Source: Pseudomonas phage HPP-Temi | Strand: one strand, 5' to 3' | Length of the DNA stretch: 64,000 nt | Sequence record: PP968062.1 | Part shown: positions 39,261-49,199 of the stretch, one piece after another | Layout of the letters: every line of letters starts with the position of its first letter | How positions within the stretch are numbered: the first letter of the stretch is position 1 | The notes under the pieces: model-generated | Database searches by the model: none | The model's input: the letters and a program-made list of their open reading frames with translations, nothing else | Told to the model about the DNA's origin: nothing | Program-made: the position numbers and the translations under genes

Positions 39261-39282
39261 ACCTACTTCCTATTGTGTTGCG

Positions 39283-39321
39283 ACAAAAAAAGGAGATAGA
39301 AGCGGCTCCCGAAGGAGCCGC
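39283..39321 (-). terminator. intrinsic terminator: hairpin GCGGCTCC-cgaa-GGAGCCGC followed on minus RNA by UCUAUCUCCUUUUUUUG
   Basis: 8-bp stem + T7 tract, downstream of the 621-aa gene, upstream of beta' N gene. Confidence 0.75.
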
Positions 39322-39653
39322 CTTATCTACTATCGATGGACCACCAACGGAGCCTGGCACGATCCTAGCATCGTCTACAAAGCTTAACCTCCGCTCTTCT
39401 CTGTAGCACTTTGACACTAGAACCTTTTACCATCCATCGTTGTTTTGATCACACGTTGCCTTTTGAGCAACTCCTTTCGGTTAAGTGATCGATCACGCCC
39501 GTGTAGCGAGAGGTCGACCTAGACTTTACGTCCACTAGACGATTACTTCGCGGAACCTACTCCTAACCGTTATCACCGAAGTGAACCAGGGTCGCAGTAT
39601 TTGAATCGGGATGCCAGCCTTCTGACACCCCTATCAACCGGGGGAGTTGTTTC

Positions 39654-41519
39654 TTAGTACAGAGTACCAACCGAACCAGCCATGTTCAGCTGGTAGCCAC
39701 CACCAACGCCCATGCCGTTGACAACCTGAGCGGTAGAACCGACAGCGAAGTCTTGAATCATGGTGTTGCCGGTGAAGCGCTGAGCACCGAATACCTGAGC
39801 AACGTTGTCCATTGCTACGGTCAGACCGGCAGCAGCGATCGCCTTATCCAGACCCTCGATGAATTTCGGGTTGAAGATACCGCGATGTGCACGGGTGGTG
39901 TAAGTTACAGCGCCCAGGAACGCACGGTCGTAGTTCTTGGATTGCTTGTTGCGCAGTTCCGGATGAATGTTCGGGTTGCACTGAGTACCGTACCAGGACA
40001 TCCACTCTTGCTGGTTGCCTTCTGCGGCGTTCAGAGCACCGAGAGCGTCGAGGTCACGACGGTCACGTTTCTCATCGCCATCCCAGTAGTAGCCCTTGTT
40101 GATTTCGGTACCAGTCGATGCAATGATCGGCTGGGTGTTGAAATCGAAGAAGCGCTCGAAGCCGCCACCAACCAGGTTCTGTACAGCGCGAATGATCGCG
40201 GCAGTAGCTTTCTGTTGGTTCGGGCCACCCATGGCATCCAGGAAGATCACGTCCAGAGCCGCGTTGTCGCCCATGCGGTCCAGGTCGATCAGGAAGGACG
40301 GGTTCGGACGAACCATGCTCAGCATCAGATCAGCGAAGTTCTGATCGGTGAAGGTGTCGGACTTGGTATCGATCTTCTTGTTCAGGTTGGACAGCCAACC
40401 CAGAGCACCGATGTCACCGAGGTCCTTCACTTTACCTACCTGAGGCAGGAACTTACGAGCCCAAGCCTGACCAGCAGTTACGCGGAAGGCGTTCGACAGA
40501 GCGAAGAGATACAGTTCCAGAGTGTTTGCCTTGATCCAGTTCGCCTGACGAACGTCAGTGATCAGGATCGCCGGGGAGAACGGCGGCAGCGGTTGGGTCT
40601 GTTGACCGAACATCTGGGCTTGCGGAGTCGGAGTGTACTCCAGGGTTACCTGTACCGACACCTGGTTCAGCATGGTGTCTGCTTCGTAGAACTCGTTCTC
40701 TTGCTGACCTTGCTTCTTGGTGCGGTTCAGGCTAACGAGGATGTCCGACTTGATCGGGTTACCAACGCTGTCCATTACCGGACGACCGGAGAAGTCCATC
40801 TTGGCAGCCAGGGTTTCGTCTTGGCCACGCAGCATGGCGATCTGGAACGGAGTCTCGCCAGCTTTCTTCGCCAGAACGTCATCACACAGGTTGACGGAGC
40901 GAATCAGGATGTCTTTCAGCAGGACTTCATCTTTCAGATCGAATTCAGCCGGGATCGGCAGCGGACCGGCCGGGTGTACTTCAGCCTTCGGACGACCGGT
41001 GGTCTGACGAACGAAGTCGCAGATGCGGTTCCAGTACTGAACGGTGAAGACGTCTTGCACTTCAACGTCAACGTCGAAGCGATCGTGGCTCATGCCGTTT
41101 TGAATGGTCACTTGGCGAGGAGCCAGGGTGATTGCCGAGTTCGGCATGATCAGCGGACGAACAACGATGATGCCGTTGCCACCAGCTGCATGCTTGACGA
41201 TCAGCAGAGCGGAGTAGCCAACGCGGTTAGCGTCGCGGTCGAAACGCAGGATCTGGAAATCGTTTTCCAGGTCTTGATGGTCGATGGCATCTTTGCCAAC
41301 GCGGGTCATTACTTGCAGAGCTTCGCTCGCACGGGCGTCGCCGCCATCAGTACGACCGGAGCGTTTGAACATGTTCGGCAGGCCGGAGATACCGCCTTGC
41401 AGAGTTTGAGGAGCGGATTGTTGCATGCGAGGAGCTTCCTGTTGTGCGCGCGGAGCAGCTTGAGCCGGACCGTTGTTGGCTTGAGCTTGGGTGTTTTGAG
41501 CGTCGGTATCACGAATCAT
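39654..41519 (-). CDS. candidate chimallin (phage nucleus shell protein) / major early protein
   Basis: 621 aa; disordered Gln/Ala-rich N-terminus; immediately upstream of nvRNAP beta' N gene as phiKZ gp54-gp55; early-type promoter; host-like GC-rich codon usage. Identity not confirmed by motif. Confidence 0.5.
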   Translation of the reverse strand: MIRDTDAQNTQAQANNGPAQAAPRAQQEAPRMQQSAPQTLQGGISGLPNMFKRSGRTDGGDARASEALQVMTRVGKDAIDHQDLENDFQILRFDRDANRVGYSALLIVKHAAGGNGIIVVRPLIMPNSAITLAPRQVTIQNGMSHDRFDVDVEVQDVFTVQYWNRICDFVRQTTGRPKAEVHPAGPLPIPAEFDLKDEVLLKDILIRSVNLCDDVLAKKAGETPFQIAMLRGQDETLAAKMDFSGRPVMDSVGNPIKSDILVSLNRTKKQGQQENEFYEADTMLNQVSVQVTLEYTPTPQAQMFGQQTQPLPPFSPAILITDVRQANWIKANTLELYLFALSNAFRVTAGQAWARKFLPQVGKVKDLGDIGALGWLSNLNKKIDTKSDTFTDQNFADLMLSMVRPNPSFLIDLDRMGDNAALDVIFLDAMGGPNQQKATAAIIRAVQNLVGGGFERFFDFNTQPIIASTGTEINKGYYWDGDEKRDRRDLDALGALNAAEGNQQEWMSWYGTQCNPNIHPELRNKQSKNYDRAFLGAVTYTTRAHRGIFNPKFIEGLDKAIAAAGLTVAMDNVAQVFGAQRFTGNTMIQDFAVGSTAQVVNGMGVGGGYQLNMAGSVGTLY

Positions 41520-41586
41520 GATTTGTTCCTATGTTTGTAACGTTTCTTGATCAAGAATGAGATCCAACAGTGTATTGGATTCAAAA

Positions 41587-41617
41587 CTGTTATATAGATC
41601 TCAGATTTTTTTTAATG
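41587..41617 (-). promoter_or_regulatory. early-type promoter motif (minus: CATTAAAAAAAATCTGAGATCTATATAACAG)
   Basis: 68 nt upstream of ATG 41519. Confidence 0.6.
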
Positions 41618-41808
41618 CATTATAGACCGGAGGACCCGCTATAAAAGCAAGGTCATTTGAGGACAGTCAGTCTTCACATACTGTATTACATATTTGTTTC
41701 CTTAAGATTCAAACTCAGTATGCTGAGTACTGGGGCATAGCTCAAATAGCAGGTCAGGACCTCACGGTCATTTCCTGTATTAAATAACTAGCCCCAGTAT
41801 TTCTTTTC

Positions 41809-43368
41809 TTACTCTTCGGTTGGAAGGTCAAAGAAGTCGTCTACGTTACCTCGGATACCGTGAACGATTGCGGCTGCTTCTTTACGAGAAGTTGCTTTAG
41901 CCAGTTGAGTAGCGTGCCGAATGAACACGTCCGAATACTCCTTCATCAGGGTGAGTTCCTGAGAACTGAGCTTGTCAGACTTCTTACCCAGTTGCTCTGC
42001 GATCTCACGGAGACCCGAAAGCCCATGACGAGCTTCCAACTTACCATTGACCACGCTATCGCGAACGAAAGCTTTAATGATGTCGAATGCCCAGAGGCGT
42101 TCTACGTCATCAGTGATCTTGGTGAAGTCAATCGACATCGGGTCACGGAAAAATTCCCCGCGACGAATGCTATCAGCAGAAAGAGCGGAAATTCGCATAG
42201 AGCGAGTGTTACCACCTTCCTTATTGATCGCATGCGCTTCTTTGGTAATGCGAGCCGATTCATCGATCAGGAGTTGAGCGATAGACGGACCAGCGAACTC
42301 TTCACGCAGTGCTTTGCGGTCAAGTTCATCTTGAGTCGGTTCAAGACTGGTAGTAAGGCGTTGTGCAATAGAAGGACGAGCCAGATCTTCCGGGCGAAGG
42401 ACCAGCTTGTCTTCTGCTTCTGCGTAGTACATGTCAGTCAAACCAGGGTTCTGGAGCTGATTATTGATATTGGTGCTGTGTTCAACACCATTAACAACTT
42501 GGTCATAGCTCCGGAAAATAGAGGGAACAGAACGCAAACGGGTGTTGAAATCCTTGCTATTAGCAATTGGTTCAAACGGAACATTGGGAGGGGAGTTACG
42601 TTGAGTACACTCGATAGCTTTGTTTTCCATACGACCGCTACTAACAAGCCACTCTTCGAACATGACTCCATTGATCTGACCTTCGGCACAGCACTTCTTA
42701 TAGAAGCTGATGTACTTTTGGTAGGTATGTACACGGAGTCGGAATGCTTCTCCGTAATGTTCCATCAAATGGTTAACAAGGGGTTTGATGGTAAACAGAG
42801 GTTGAGGGGCATTGCTCTGGTTTTTGATGTCACCTTTCAAGGCCTTCGCCAACTCACGCAAGAACTTGACGTTGTAAGTGCAGAAGTCAGCGCAGGATTC
42901 CGGAGGCAACAGCATACCACAGATTTCGGTAATGGCTTCAGCGATCAGTTCTTCATCGGTGTTACCGATGTTCAGGTATTCGTCCCGTTGATCTACACCT
43001 TCAACCAGTTCAGTATAACGCCCAGATTCCAGAAGCTCGATACCTTTAGTGCGATTGCACCACCAGTCTTCGAACAGAGAATCACGAGTACCGGGAGCCT
43101 TCAGGAAAGAATCGTAATGCTCAATCATTGCTTGGACGCGATCCATGGTAGTCTTGGCGAACTGGGCACGGATGTGGCGATCAAGGGTATACGGAGAGAC
43201 AGAGATGTCCGGAATGTTTTCCATCAGTTCGTTGAACATCGCTGTAACGAACTTCGGATTCTGGGTAGCAAAGAGCTGGTGATTCTGGGCACCCATAGTT
43301 TGATGGAAGAAGCGATCCATTGCGGCGGTAACGATAGCGCGCCGATGGGGAGTATAACGGTTATCCAT
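41809..43368 (-). CDS. hypothetical protein (519 aa)
   Basis: Long ORF; early-type promoter upstream. Confidence 0.75.
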   Translation of the reverse strand: MDNRYTPHRRAIVTAAMDRFFHQTMGAQNHQLFATQNPKFVTAMFNELMENIPDISVSPYTLDRHIRAQFAKTTMDRVQAMIEHYDSFLKAPGTRDSLFEDWWCNRTKGIELLESGRYTELVEGVDQRDEYLNIGNTDEELIAEAITEICGMLLPPESCADFCTYNVKFLRELAKALKGDIKNQSNAPQPLFTIKPLVNHLMEHYGEAFRLRVHTYQKYISFYKKCCAEGQINGVMFEEWLVSSGRMENKAIECTQRNSPPNVPFEPIANSKDFNTRLRSVPSIFRSYDQVVNGVEHSTNINNQLQNPGLTDMYYAEAEDKLVLRPEDLARPSIAQRLTTSLEPTQDELDRKALREEFAGPSIAQLLIDESARITKEAHAINKEGGNTRSMRISALSADSIRRGEFFRDPMSIDFTKITDDVERLWAFDIIKAFVRDSVVNGKLEARHGLSGLREIAEQLGKKSDKLSSQELTLMKEYSDVFIRHATQLAKATSRKEAAAIVHGIRGNVDDFFDLPTEE

Positions 43369-43402
43369 TTCATTTTCCTCTTTTGGTATTAGGGTGGATA
43401 TA

Positions 43403-43436
43403 TCAAAACTATGATATAGATTTGAAATTATTTCTA
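43403..43436 (-). promoter_or_regulatory. early-type promoter motif (minus: ...AAATAATTTCAAATCTATATCATAGTTTTG)
   Basis: 41 nt upstream of ATG 43368; also 14 nt upstream of plus gene 43450. Confidence 0.55.
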
Positions 43437-43449
43437 ATGGACGAAAACC

Positions 43450-44535
43450 ATGTACATGCTATTCCGGGACGCCCCAGCGCGGCGCTTAGGGCAAGCAGTT
43501 GACCCAAAGATCGTCTATATCCGTAGGACGTATCGGGAACTGATCAACGATGTAAAGAACTATTACCGTAAGGCTCCAAAGGCTGTCGGCGCGGCAAACA
43601 TTTTCGCTAACATGATCCAACACTTTATCATTGATTGGAAGATCGATGATGCTGCTTGGGCAAAGAAAGTAGAAGATCAAGCAAAAGGCTTGTCACGTGT
43701 ATTTGGTCTAACCTCTGCTATTAATAGAGGAAAGATCCATGAGAAGGGAATCACGCTAGGTCCAAACTGCGAAGAGATCGCAATCGCCAGCTATGAGAAG
43801 TTCGAGAAGGAGGGTCTCGGAAAGCGCTGGAGAGATCTTACTCCTGTTAAGTATCTTTACCATACCCGGACCGATGTGAATCTCCCGATGATGAACAATA
43901 CAACTGCTGGTAAAGGTTACGGTATCATTACCGTTAACATTCCCATGTTGTTGATTCAGTATCGTTACTGGCTACGTTGGCAACAACAGCGTGGTGTAGA
44001 ACAGTTAGAGAACGCTTATCGCTTTGTTGGGAGTATCGTCCTCCCCAACATGGTAGAGAGCTATTTGGATATTGCTTATTTCAATAGGTTATCTCGTCAA
44101 GCACAAGGTATCAAGTGTTTGAGTTTCCCTGTGTCTCATCCGTTCTATCTTACGGATATGACTCCTCGGATTGATAAGCTTGTTGAGAACGTGAACTTCG
44201 AGAACTCTATTAAAGGTATCGAACTAGAAGGGCTGGCTTGGATTACTCCAGCAATCGTTAAGACTAACTTGTTCGAAGTCATGGAGATTCCTCGGGAACC
44301 CATCACGTATCAAAACGAATGGGCTTACACTTTAGCTCGGTTACCTTACGTTAAGTATCTGGTAACTATGCTTAAGAAGAATCCAGGTTACGATCGTTCT
44401 CAGATGAACGAAGTGTTAATCGATTTGATTGATGCTACAAACGACCAAGTCTTTAAGACTGCTGGTAACACTGAGATGGTTAAAGCATTGCGTCGTGACG
44501 TTGCTATCCTCATTGAAGAAATGAAAAAAACATAA
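43450..44535 (+). CDS. hypothetical protein (361 aa)
   Basis: ORF track; ends at hairpin 44542. Confidence 0.7.
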   Translation: MYMLFRDAPARRLGQAVDPKIVYIRRTYRELINDVKNYYRKAPKAVGAANIFANMIQHFIIDWKIDDAAWAKKVEDQAKGLSRVFGLTSAINRGKIHEKGITLGPNCEEIAIASYEKFEKEGLGKRWRDLTPVKYLYHTRTDVNLPMMNNTTAGKGYGIITVNIPMLLIQYRYWLRWQQQRGVEQLENAYRFVGSIVLPNMVESYLDIAYFNRLSRQAQGIKCLSFPVSHPFYLTDMTPRIDKLVENVNFENSIKGIELEGLAWITPAIVKTNLFEVMEIPREPITYQNEWAYTLARLPYVKYLVTMLKKNPGYDRSQMNEVLIDLIDATNDQVFKTAGNTEMVKALRRDVAILIEEMKKT

Positions 44536-44541
44536 TAAACA

Positions 44542-44572
44542 GCCCCTACCCGAAGGTAGGGGCTTTATGTCG
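44542..44572. terminator. hairpin GCCCCTACC-cgaa-GGTAGGGGC + CTTTATGTCG
   Basis: 9-bp stem; identical stem-loop recurs at 55342-55363. Confidence 0.75.
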
Positions 44573-44995
44573 TTACTTAGAATACTCAAGCCACTTGTCA
44601 TAGAGTTCTTTATCTTTCTCTCTGACAGCTTCTGCCCGAAGACTCTTCAATTCAGCACGAACAACCTTCTGTTTCACGAACTTATAACCGCTAACCCAAA
44701 TACTGTCTTTGTCTGGAATGTTTTCGCATTCAGCGAATACGTTGTCAAACAAGCGAATGTATTTTTGTTTGCGAAGACTATTGCGAACAACCTGCGATTT
44801 CAGTAACGGATACTTGGTTACCAGTTGATCCCATGCTACTTTGTTGATGGATATACTGATGTGCGATATGTCGATACCGCGGTTAACGCTAACTGCCAAC
44901 GCGGCCATACCTGTTACAGTGAAGTCGTTTGCAGAAAGATTGTAATGGCTTTTAACTCGACGTAATGGACCATGAATATGCGACGTATGATACAT
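44573..44995 (-). CDS. hypothetical protein (140 aa)
   Basis: ORF track; GGAG SD; preceded on minus strand by hairpin+TTTATGTCG. Confidence 0.6.
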   Translation of the reverse strand: MYHTSHIHGPLRRVKSHYNLSANDFTVTGMAALAVSVNRGIDISHISISINKVAWDQLVTKYPLLKSQVVRNSLRKQKYIRLFDNVFAECENIPDKDSIWVSGYKFVKQKVVRAELKSLRAEAVREKDKELYDKWLEYSK

Positions 44996-45003
44996 GTTAA
45001 CTC

Positions 45004-45030
45004 CGACATAAAGCCCAGCCGAAGCTGGGC
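45004..45030 (-). terminator. hairpin GCCCAGC-cgaa-GCTGGGC; minus strand reads hairpin-CTTTATGTCGGAGTTAACATG
   Basis: Terminator of 45038..46207 fused to TATGTCG motif and SD of next gene. Confidence 0.7.
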
Positions 45031-45037
45031 GTTTAAG

Positions 45038-46207
45038 TTAAGCCTGTTCACCTTCCGGTACAGAGACTTCTTCAACCGGCTTCAGGGGTTGACCATCAGC
45101 ACGTTCTTGGAACTTGTCCAGAAGACGCTTTTGGTAATCCGGGATAGCCTGACCAGATACAGTCTCAACGAAAGAGCTCAGAGTGTGGTTCTTGAGGATC
45201 TCGCGTTTAATACCGTCTTGGGTCTGAGTTTGAATCTGACCCAGCTTAGCCAAGATAGAACCACCCATCAGAGCTTTCACCATACCAGACTTACAGTTGG
45301 TGATATGCTTAGAACGCTTGGCACCTTTCTTTTTCTTACGGCGGGTACGCATGCGGGATTCGATCGAATCGATTTCGGTCGGCTCAGCTTCAACAGTTTC
45401 CATTTTGCTCAGGTGTTGTTCCAGAAGGTCAGTAGACATTGCAGATTCAGTATCAGTAGATTCCAACATGATGTTGTTATGTCCTAGTTCACGAAGTTTA
45501 TTGTACATGTAGAGACGGCTATTCGTTTTGGGAATGTCGTCCAATACAGGAGAGGAAATGATTTGGAGTTCGCCCGGTTTGAAGCCCTTGGTGAAAACGT
45601 CGTTAATACTCAACCATTCAGGAGGAGTAACGATACCATCGAACTTTGGCATTTCATTACATTCGGTATCGTAGGTGGGTATCTTTTTCATAAGTACCTC
45701 ATGTCGTGTACCAGGTAGTTCACCGTTTTTGCTGATCAGGTTATTGTACTGGGTCCATAGTCTTTGGCTTTGCGAAGTTGTCGATCTTGTACCATGCAAT
45801 ACCCAGCTACGACGAACCAGGGTCATACCAGCCCAAAGAGTTTCTAGTTGATCCTTAGAGAGTTCTTCATGTTCTTTCATGAAGTTAGCGATAAGATCAT
45901 CTAATTCTTGGAGTTCATCCGGTAGATATCCTGCAAGTGTATAACCTGAGTAAGAATCTGTAATCAGTTTGCCTTCCGGAGCGAATGCCTGACGTAGAGC
46001 AACATCAAAATGGCAGTACATGTTGTAATCCAACAGTAATGCTTGTTCCATATAGGGGTAGTCTAAGCCAAGTGTACAGATCTTTGCGAAACGGCTAGCT
46101 CCAGGTTGAGCAATCTCACCACATAGATTACCATCCAGTACATTGTAAGTACCGAAAGGAAAAGATACAACTTCTTTATTTTGCGTTGGATTGGAATTAT
46201 ACATCAT
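45038..46207 (-). CDS. hypothetical protein (389 aa; basic KRKKKGAKRSK segment)
   Basis: ORF track; preceded on minus strand by hairpin+TTTATGTCG about 30 nt before ATG. Confidence 0.7.
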   Translation of the reverse strand: MMYNSNPTQNKEVVSFPFGTYNVLDGNLCGEIAQPGASRFAKICTLGLDYPYMEQALLLDYNMYCHFDVALRQAFAPEGKLITDSYSGYTLAGYLPDELQELDDLIANFMKEHEELSKDQLETLWAGMTLVRRSWVLHGTRSTTSQSQRLWTQYNNLISKNGELPGTRHEVLMKKIPTYDTECNEMPKFDGIVTPPEWLSINDVFTKGFKPGELQIISSPVLDDIPKTNSRLYMYNKLRELGHNNIMLESTDTESAMSTDLLEQHLSKMETVEAEPTEIDSIESRMRTRRKKKKGAKRSKHITNCKSGMVKALMGGSILAKLGQIQTQTQDGIKREILKNHTLSSFVETVSGQAIPDYQKRLLDKFQERADGQPLKPVEEVSVPEGEQA

Positions 46208-46228
46208 ATTTTCTCATCTGTGGATTTA

Positions 46229-46255
46229 CGACATAAAGGAGTCCCGAAGGACTCC
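46229..46255 (-). terminator. hairpin GGAGTCC-cgaa-GGACTCC + (minus) CTTTATGTCG
   Basis: 7-bp stem. Confidence 0.65.
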
Positions 46256-46261
46256 TCTGGT

Positions 46262-46426
46262 TTAAAGTTTTCCGATGTAATCAATAATGATCGGTCCCTT
46301 GAACTCAATACCACTACGGACTATGCGGTCGTTGCATGGTTGCTTGGCTGTAACGATAACCACATCTTTATTAAACGTGAATTTACGCATACGCTCATAC
46401 AACGCTTTCATTTCGGGGTCAACCAT
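46262..46426 (-). CDS. possible small protein (54 aa, MVDPEMKALYERMRKF...)
   Basis: Short ORF below ORF-track cutoff; fills gap between hairpin and pol gene. Confidence 0.3.
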   Translation of the reverse strand: MVDPEMKALYERMRKFTFNKDVVIVTAKQPCNDRIVRSGIEFKGPIIIDYIGKL

Positions 46427-46436
46427 AGGTCACCTA

Positions 46437-48617
46437 TTAGTAGAAGTCGGAGATCAAACGGGTGTTACCTTTATCGATCAAGAAGATACCCAGGGATTCA
46501 AAAATCAAGTAGAACACACCCATGGTGTTGGAGATGATCGTGCGAACATCAGCTACACGGGTAATCTCATCGGGAATACCGCGGTTTTCCACAACTGTCA
46601 TCGGAACGTGGAAGTTGGCGATACCAGTCTTGTTGTTTTCCATTGCCCAACGTTTAAGGCGCATGGCAAGACCTTTATCTTCGATAGTCTCAACCCACTC
46701 ATTAAAGCGAGTCTTGTTATCGGTTGTTACAGAGATCTTGACGAAGCTGTACGGAGGTTCTTCGATTTCACCAAACGACGGGCTGCAAACTTCTTTCCAG
46801 AAAGTGTGCTTAGCATAGGTGGCGTTATCTTCAGACTTGTACGCATCGATCTTCTTGCACTTACCGGTGGTGAGGTATTCAGCTTTACCAGAACGAACCG
46901 AAGCGATGATGTCACGTTCCAGGTCTGCTACTTCTTTCAGCATTGCGGGAAGATCAAGTGGCTCTTCTGCTTTAATGGACTTAATGATGTCATCCATCAT
47001 CCGCTTAGCAGTCTTGTTGATCTTCGGTGGAACTTTAGAATCTCGCAGACCTACACCTTTAACTTCCATACGAGCTTTAGCGAACATTACGCCCTCCTGC
47101 GCGTCCTGAGACGCGTAATAGTGTTTTGAACGTGTGGTCAAGGAAAGTACAGCGAAGTAGTATTCGTTCTTCATAGCCAACAAACGGAGCTTCTCTTTCG
47201 ATACGCCCATGTTAGCCGACTGAATGGCGAGGATGTGTGCAACCACACAGGACACCAGGAACACCAATGCAAACACCAGTCGCTTAGCTTCAGCGGTAAA
47301 GGTGATCTTACCAAAGAACTCTTCTACCCAGTACTGCATGGTAAACATCGTGGAGTCAGTGTCGGAGATGACAGCTGCGCGGCGGTAAGCAGTTGGGAAA
47401 GCATGAATGCTAGAAGGTACGTTCTTGGTCAGAAGGAGAGCATCAATCAAACGCTTGTATTTCCACAGCGTATCAGAGATGTTCTTACCTGTTGCATAAA
47501 TCGTGTCGAATACTTCAGGGGATTCTTTGCTCAGCTTATCATAGTTCCGACCTTTAACCAGATCGAAGCAAATGAAGTTAGCCAGGAGTTGCAAGTCACC
47601 ATCGTAAGTGTTGTAAACTTCTTTGGTAACCTTCTGTTCGTCAGTACCTAGTTGAGCAAGCTCTGTCAGGAAACTACGAATCAAAACTTTGTTGTGTTTG
47701 TAGACATGATACAGATCGCCAACATACATAACAGCCGCACGCTGCAATGGAGTGAAACCAGTAACCAACATCCGAATCTGTTCAGTGTAGTCACGATTCT
47801 GCCAGTAGTGCGCTGTGGAATACAGAACCATTTCAATTACTTCATCCGGAGTCGGGTAATGCATATTGAAATGATCAATGCAATCTTTCAACTTCTTCAT
47901 GTCGGTGTTGTTAGCAATCGACAGAAGGTTGGCTTTGGTAATCTCCGGACTATAGTAGTGGCGATTACCAGTGATGAACTTCTCGTTATTCGCGTTAGCA
48001 TACGAGGTTGCAGTACGACAAGTAGACGTCAAGCTGGAGTGAGTCGACTTGTAATACAGAATCGTTGCCGCGCTTACGGTTGCTCCACTGTAGGAGTTAT
48101 TGTTAATTTTGAAGTTTTCTTGTTCGCCTTTGCGAACCTGTGCGAGTTCAGCTGCTTCCGGGGTACCTTCACCCTCAAGACGCATTTGTTCTTTCTTAAC
48201 ACGTTTACGGTTTGCTACACCTTCAGCGATATACTGAGAGTGGGTAGACTGGCGCTGAGATTCCGGAAGATACACGGTCATACTCGGCGACAGCAAAAGA
48301 TTCTGTTTTTCTACACGGCCTAAGAAACCCATGAAGGTGGTTTCTTTCAAACTACGATCGCCTTGAGGATTCTTGTCTAATATCAAGGTCTTTGGATTGT
48401 TCAGGGCAAACTGACCCTGAGGGCGAGACTGTTCCTTCACAAACTCCAAGCAGGTTTCAAATGGATCCCCCGTCATCGCGGAGATGTACAGAGCTTGATC
48501 GTTAAGATAACCTTCGATGATGTTCAGGTCACGGGTGTAATCTTCAACCGGCAACAAGAACGGGTTAGGAGTGCTGATCTGGTCCATATTTCCTCTCTTA
48601 AAATTTAATCTTTTCAA
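46437..48617 (-). CDS. family B DNA polymerase, C-terminal polymerase part (split polymerase)
   Basis: Motif B-like KINNNSYSG and motif C AVISDTDSTMF (DTDS); 726 aa. Confidence 0.65.
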   Translation of the reverse strand: MKRLNFKRGNMDQISTPNPFLLPVEDYTRDLNIIEGYLNDQALYISAMTGDPFETCLEFVKEQSRPQGQFALNNPKTLILDKNPQGDRSLKETTFMGFLGRVEKQNLLLSPSMTVYLPESQRQSTHSQYIAEGVANRKRVKKEQMRLEGEGTPEAAELAQVRKGEQENFKINNNSYSGATVSAATILYYKSTHSSLTSTCRTATSYANANNEKFITGNRHYYSPEITKANLLSIANNTDMKKLKDCIDHFNMHYPTPDEVIEMVLYSTAHYWQNRDYTEQIRMLVTGFTPLQRAAVMYVGDLYHVYKHNKVLIRSFLTELAQLGTDEQKVTKEVYNTYDGDLQLLANFICFDLVKGRNYDKLSKESPEVFDTIYATGKNISDTLWKYKRLIDALLLTKNVPSSIHAFPTAYRRAAVISDTDSTMFTMQYWVEEFFGKITFTAEAKRLVFALVFLVSCVVAHILAIQSANMGVSKEKLRLLAMKNEYYFAVLSLTTRSKHYYASQDAQEGVMFAKARMEVKGVGLRDSKVPPKINKTAKRMMDDIIKSIKAEEPLDLPAMLKEVADLERDIIASVRSGKAEYLTTGKCKKIDAYKSEDNATYAKHTFWKEVCSPSFGEIEEPPYSFVKISVTTDNKTRFNEWVETIEDKGLAMRLKRWAMENNKTGIANFHVPMTVVENRGIPDEITRVADVRTIISNTMGVFYLIFESLGIFLIDKGNTRLISDFY

Positions 48618-48682
48618 GAGATGGCTACGCTAAAACGGGAAAAAAATTAGGACACCCAATGGATGTCCAAAATTGAGCGGTA

Positions 48683-48714
48683 GCACATCAAATTACTTTC
48701 ACATATTGATGTGC
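48683..48714 (-). promoter_or_regulatory. perfect 9-bp inverted repeat GCACATCAA-14nt-TTGATGTGC in 5' leader of polymerase gene
   Basis: Lies 66-97 nt upstream of pol ATG; possible operator/translational control hairpin. Confidence 0.4.
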
Positions 48715-48734
48715 CTTAGGGTAAAACTTCGCAA

Positions 48735-48767
48735 CGACATAATGCCCTCCCGAAGGAGGGCGATATG
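48735..48767 (-). terminator. hairpin GCCCTCC-cgaa-GGAGGGC; minus strand reads hairpin-ATTATGTCGTTG
   Basis: 7-bp stem 3' of 48768..49175. Confidence 0.7.
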
Positions 48768-49175
48768 TTATTCCAAGACTACCGAGTCCGGAACTTCGTT
48801 GTTCATCTTGCAAGCATCAACAATGCGTTGCAGGCGACGTTCATCGATGTTCTGGAATACGAGGGTAGCTTTCTTGCCATTGTTAATGACAACGCTACCT
48901 TCACGAATCCAAGGGATACCGAGGTACTGATGCTGACCACCTTCAAACTCAACACGGATGTAGCTGTATTGGGAAGGGTCATTCGGTGTACCCGCTGGGA
49001 GAGTCGGGTAAACGTTTTGGTGAGCAGCGATCAGATCGAAGCCCAGGATACGTACAAGGTTTGCGTCAAGGAAAGCGGCCAGGGTTACGTTCTTGAAGTT
49101 GTTACCGTACTGTGCGGACGGGTGAACTTCAAAACTGATCTTCTGGCCAATTGCTACGTCGCGAATGGATGGCAT
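48768..49175 (-). CDS. hypothetical protein (135 aa)
   Basis: ORF track. Confidence 0.6.
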   Translation of the reverse strand: MPSIRDVAIGQKISFEVHPSAQYGNNFKNVTLAAFLDANLVRILGFDLIAAHQNVYPTLPAGTPNDPSQYSYIRVEFEGGQHQYLGIPWIREGSVVINNGKKATLVFQNIDERRLQRIVDACKMNNEVPDSVVLE

Positions 49176-49199
49176 GATTGACTCCGTTGGAACTGACTG

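Noticed and set aside
39753-41540. 595-aa plus-strand ORF antisense to the chimallin-candidate gene, and similar long antisense ORFs at 30529..32121, 41860..43392, 23811..24791, 27682..28725, 32009..33064 and 37626..38924
   Set aside because: They lie exactly opposite GC-rich minus-strand genes that have promoters, SDs and terminators. They lack SDs and have low-complexity, stop-avoiding composition typical of shadow ORFs.
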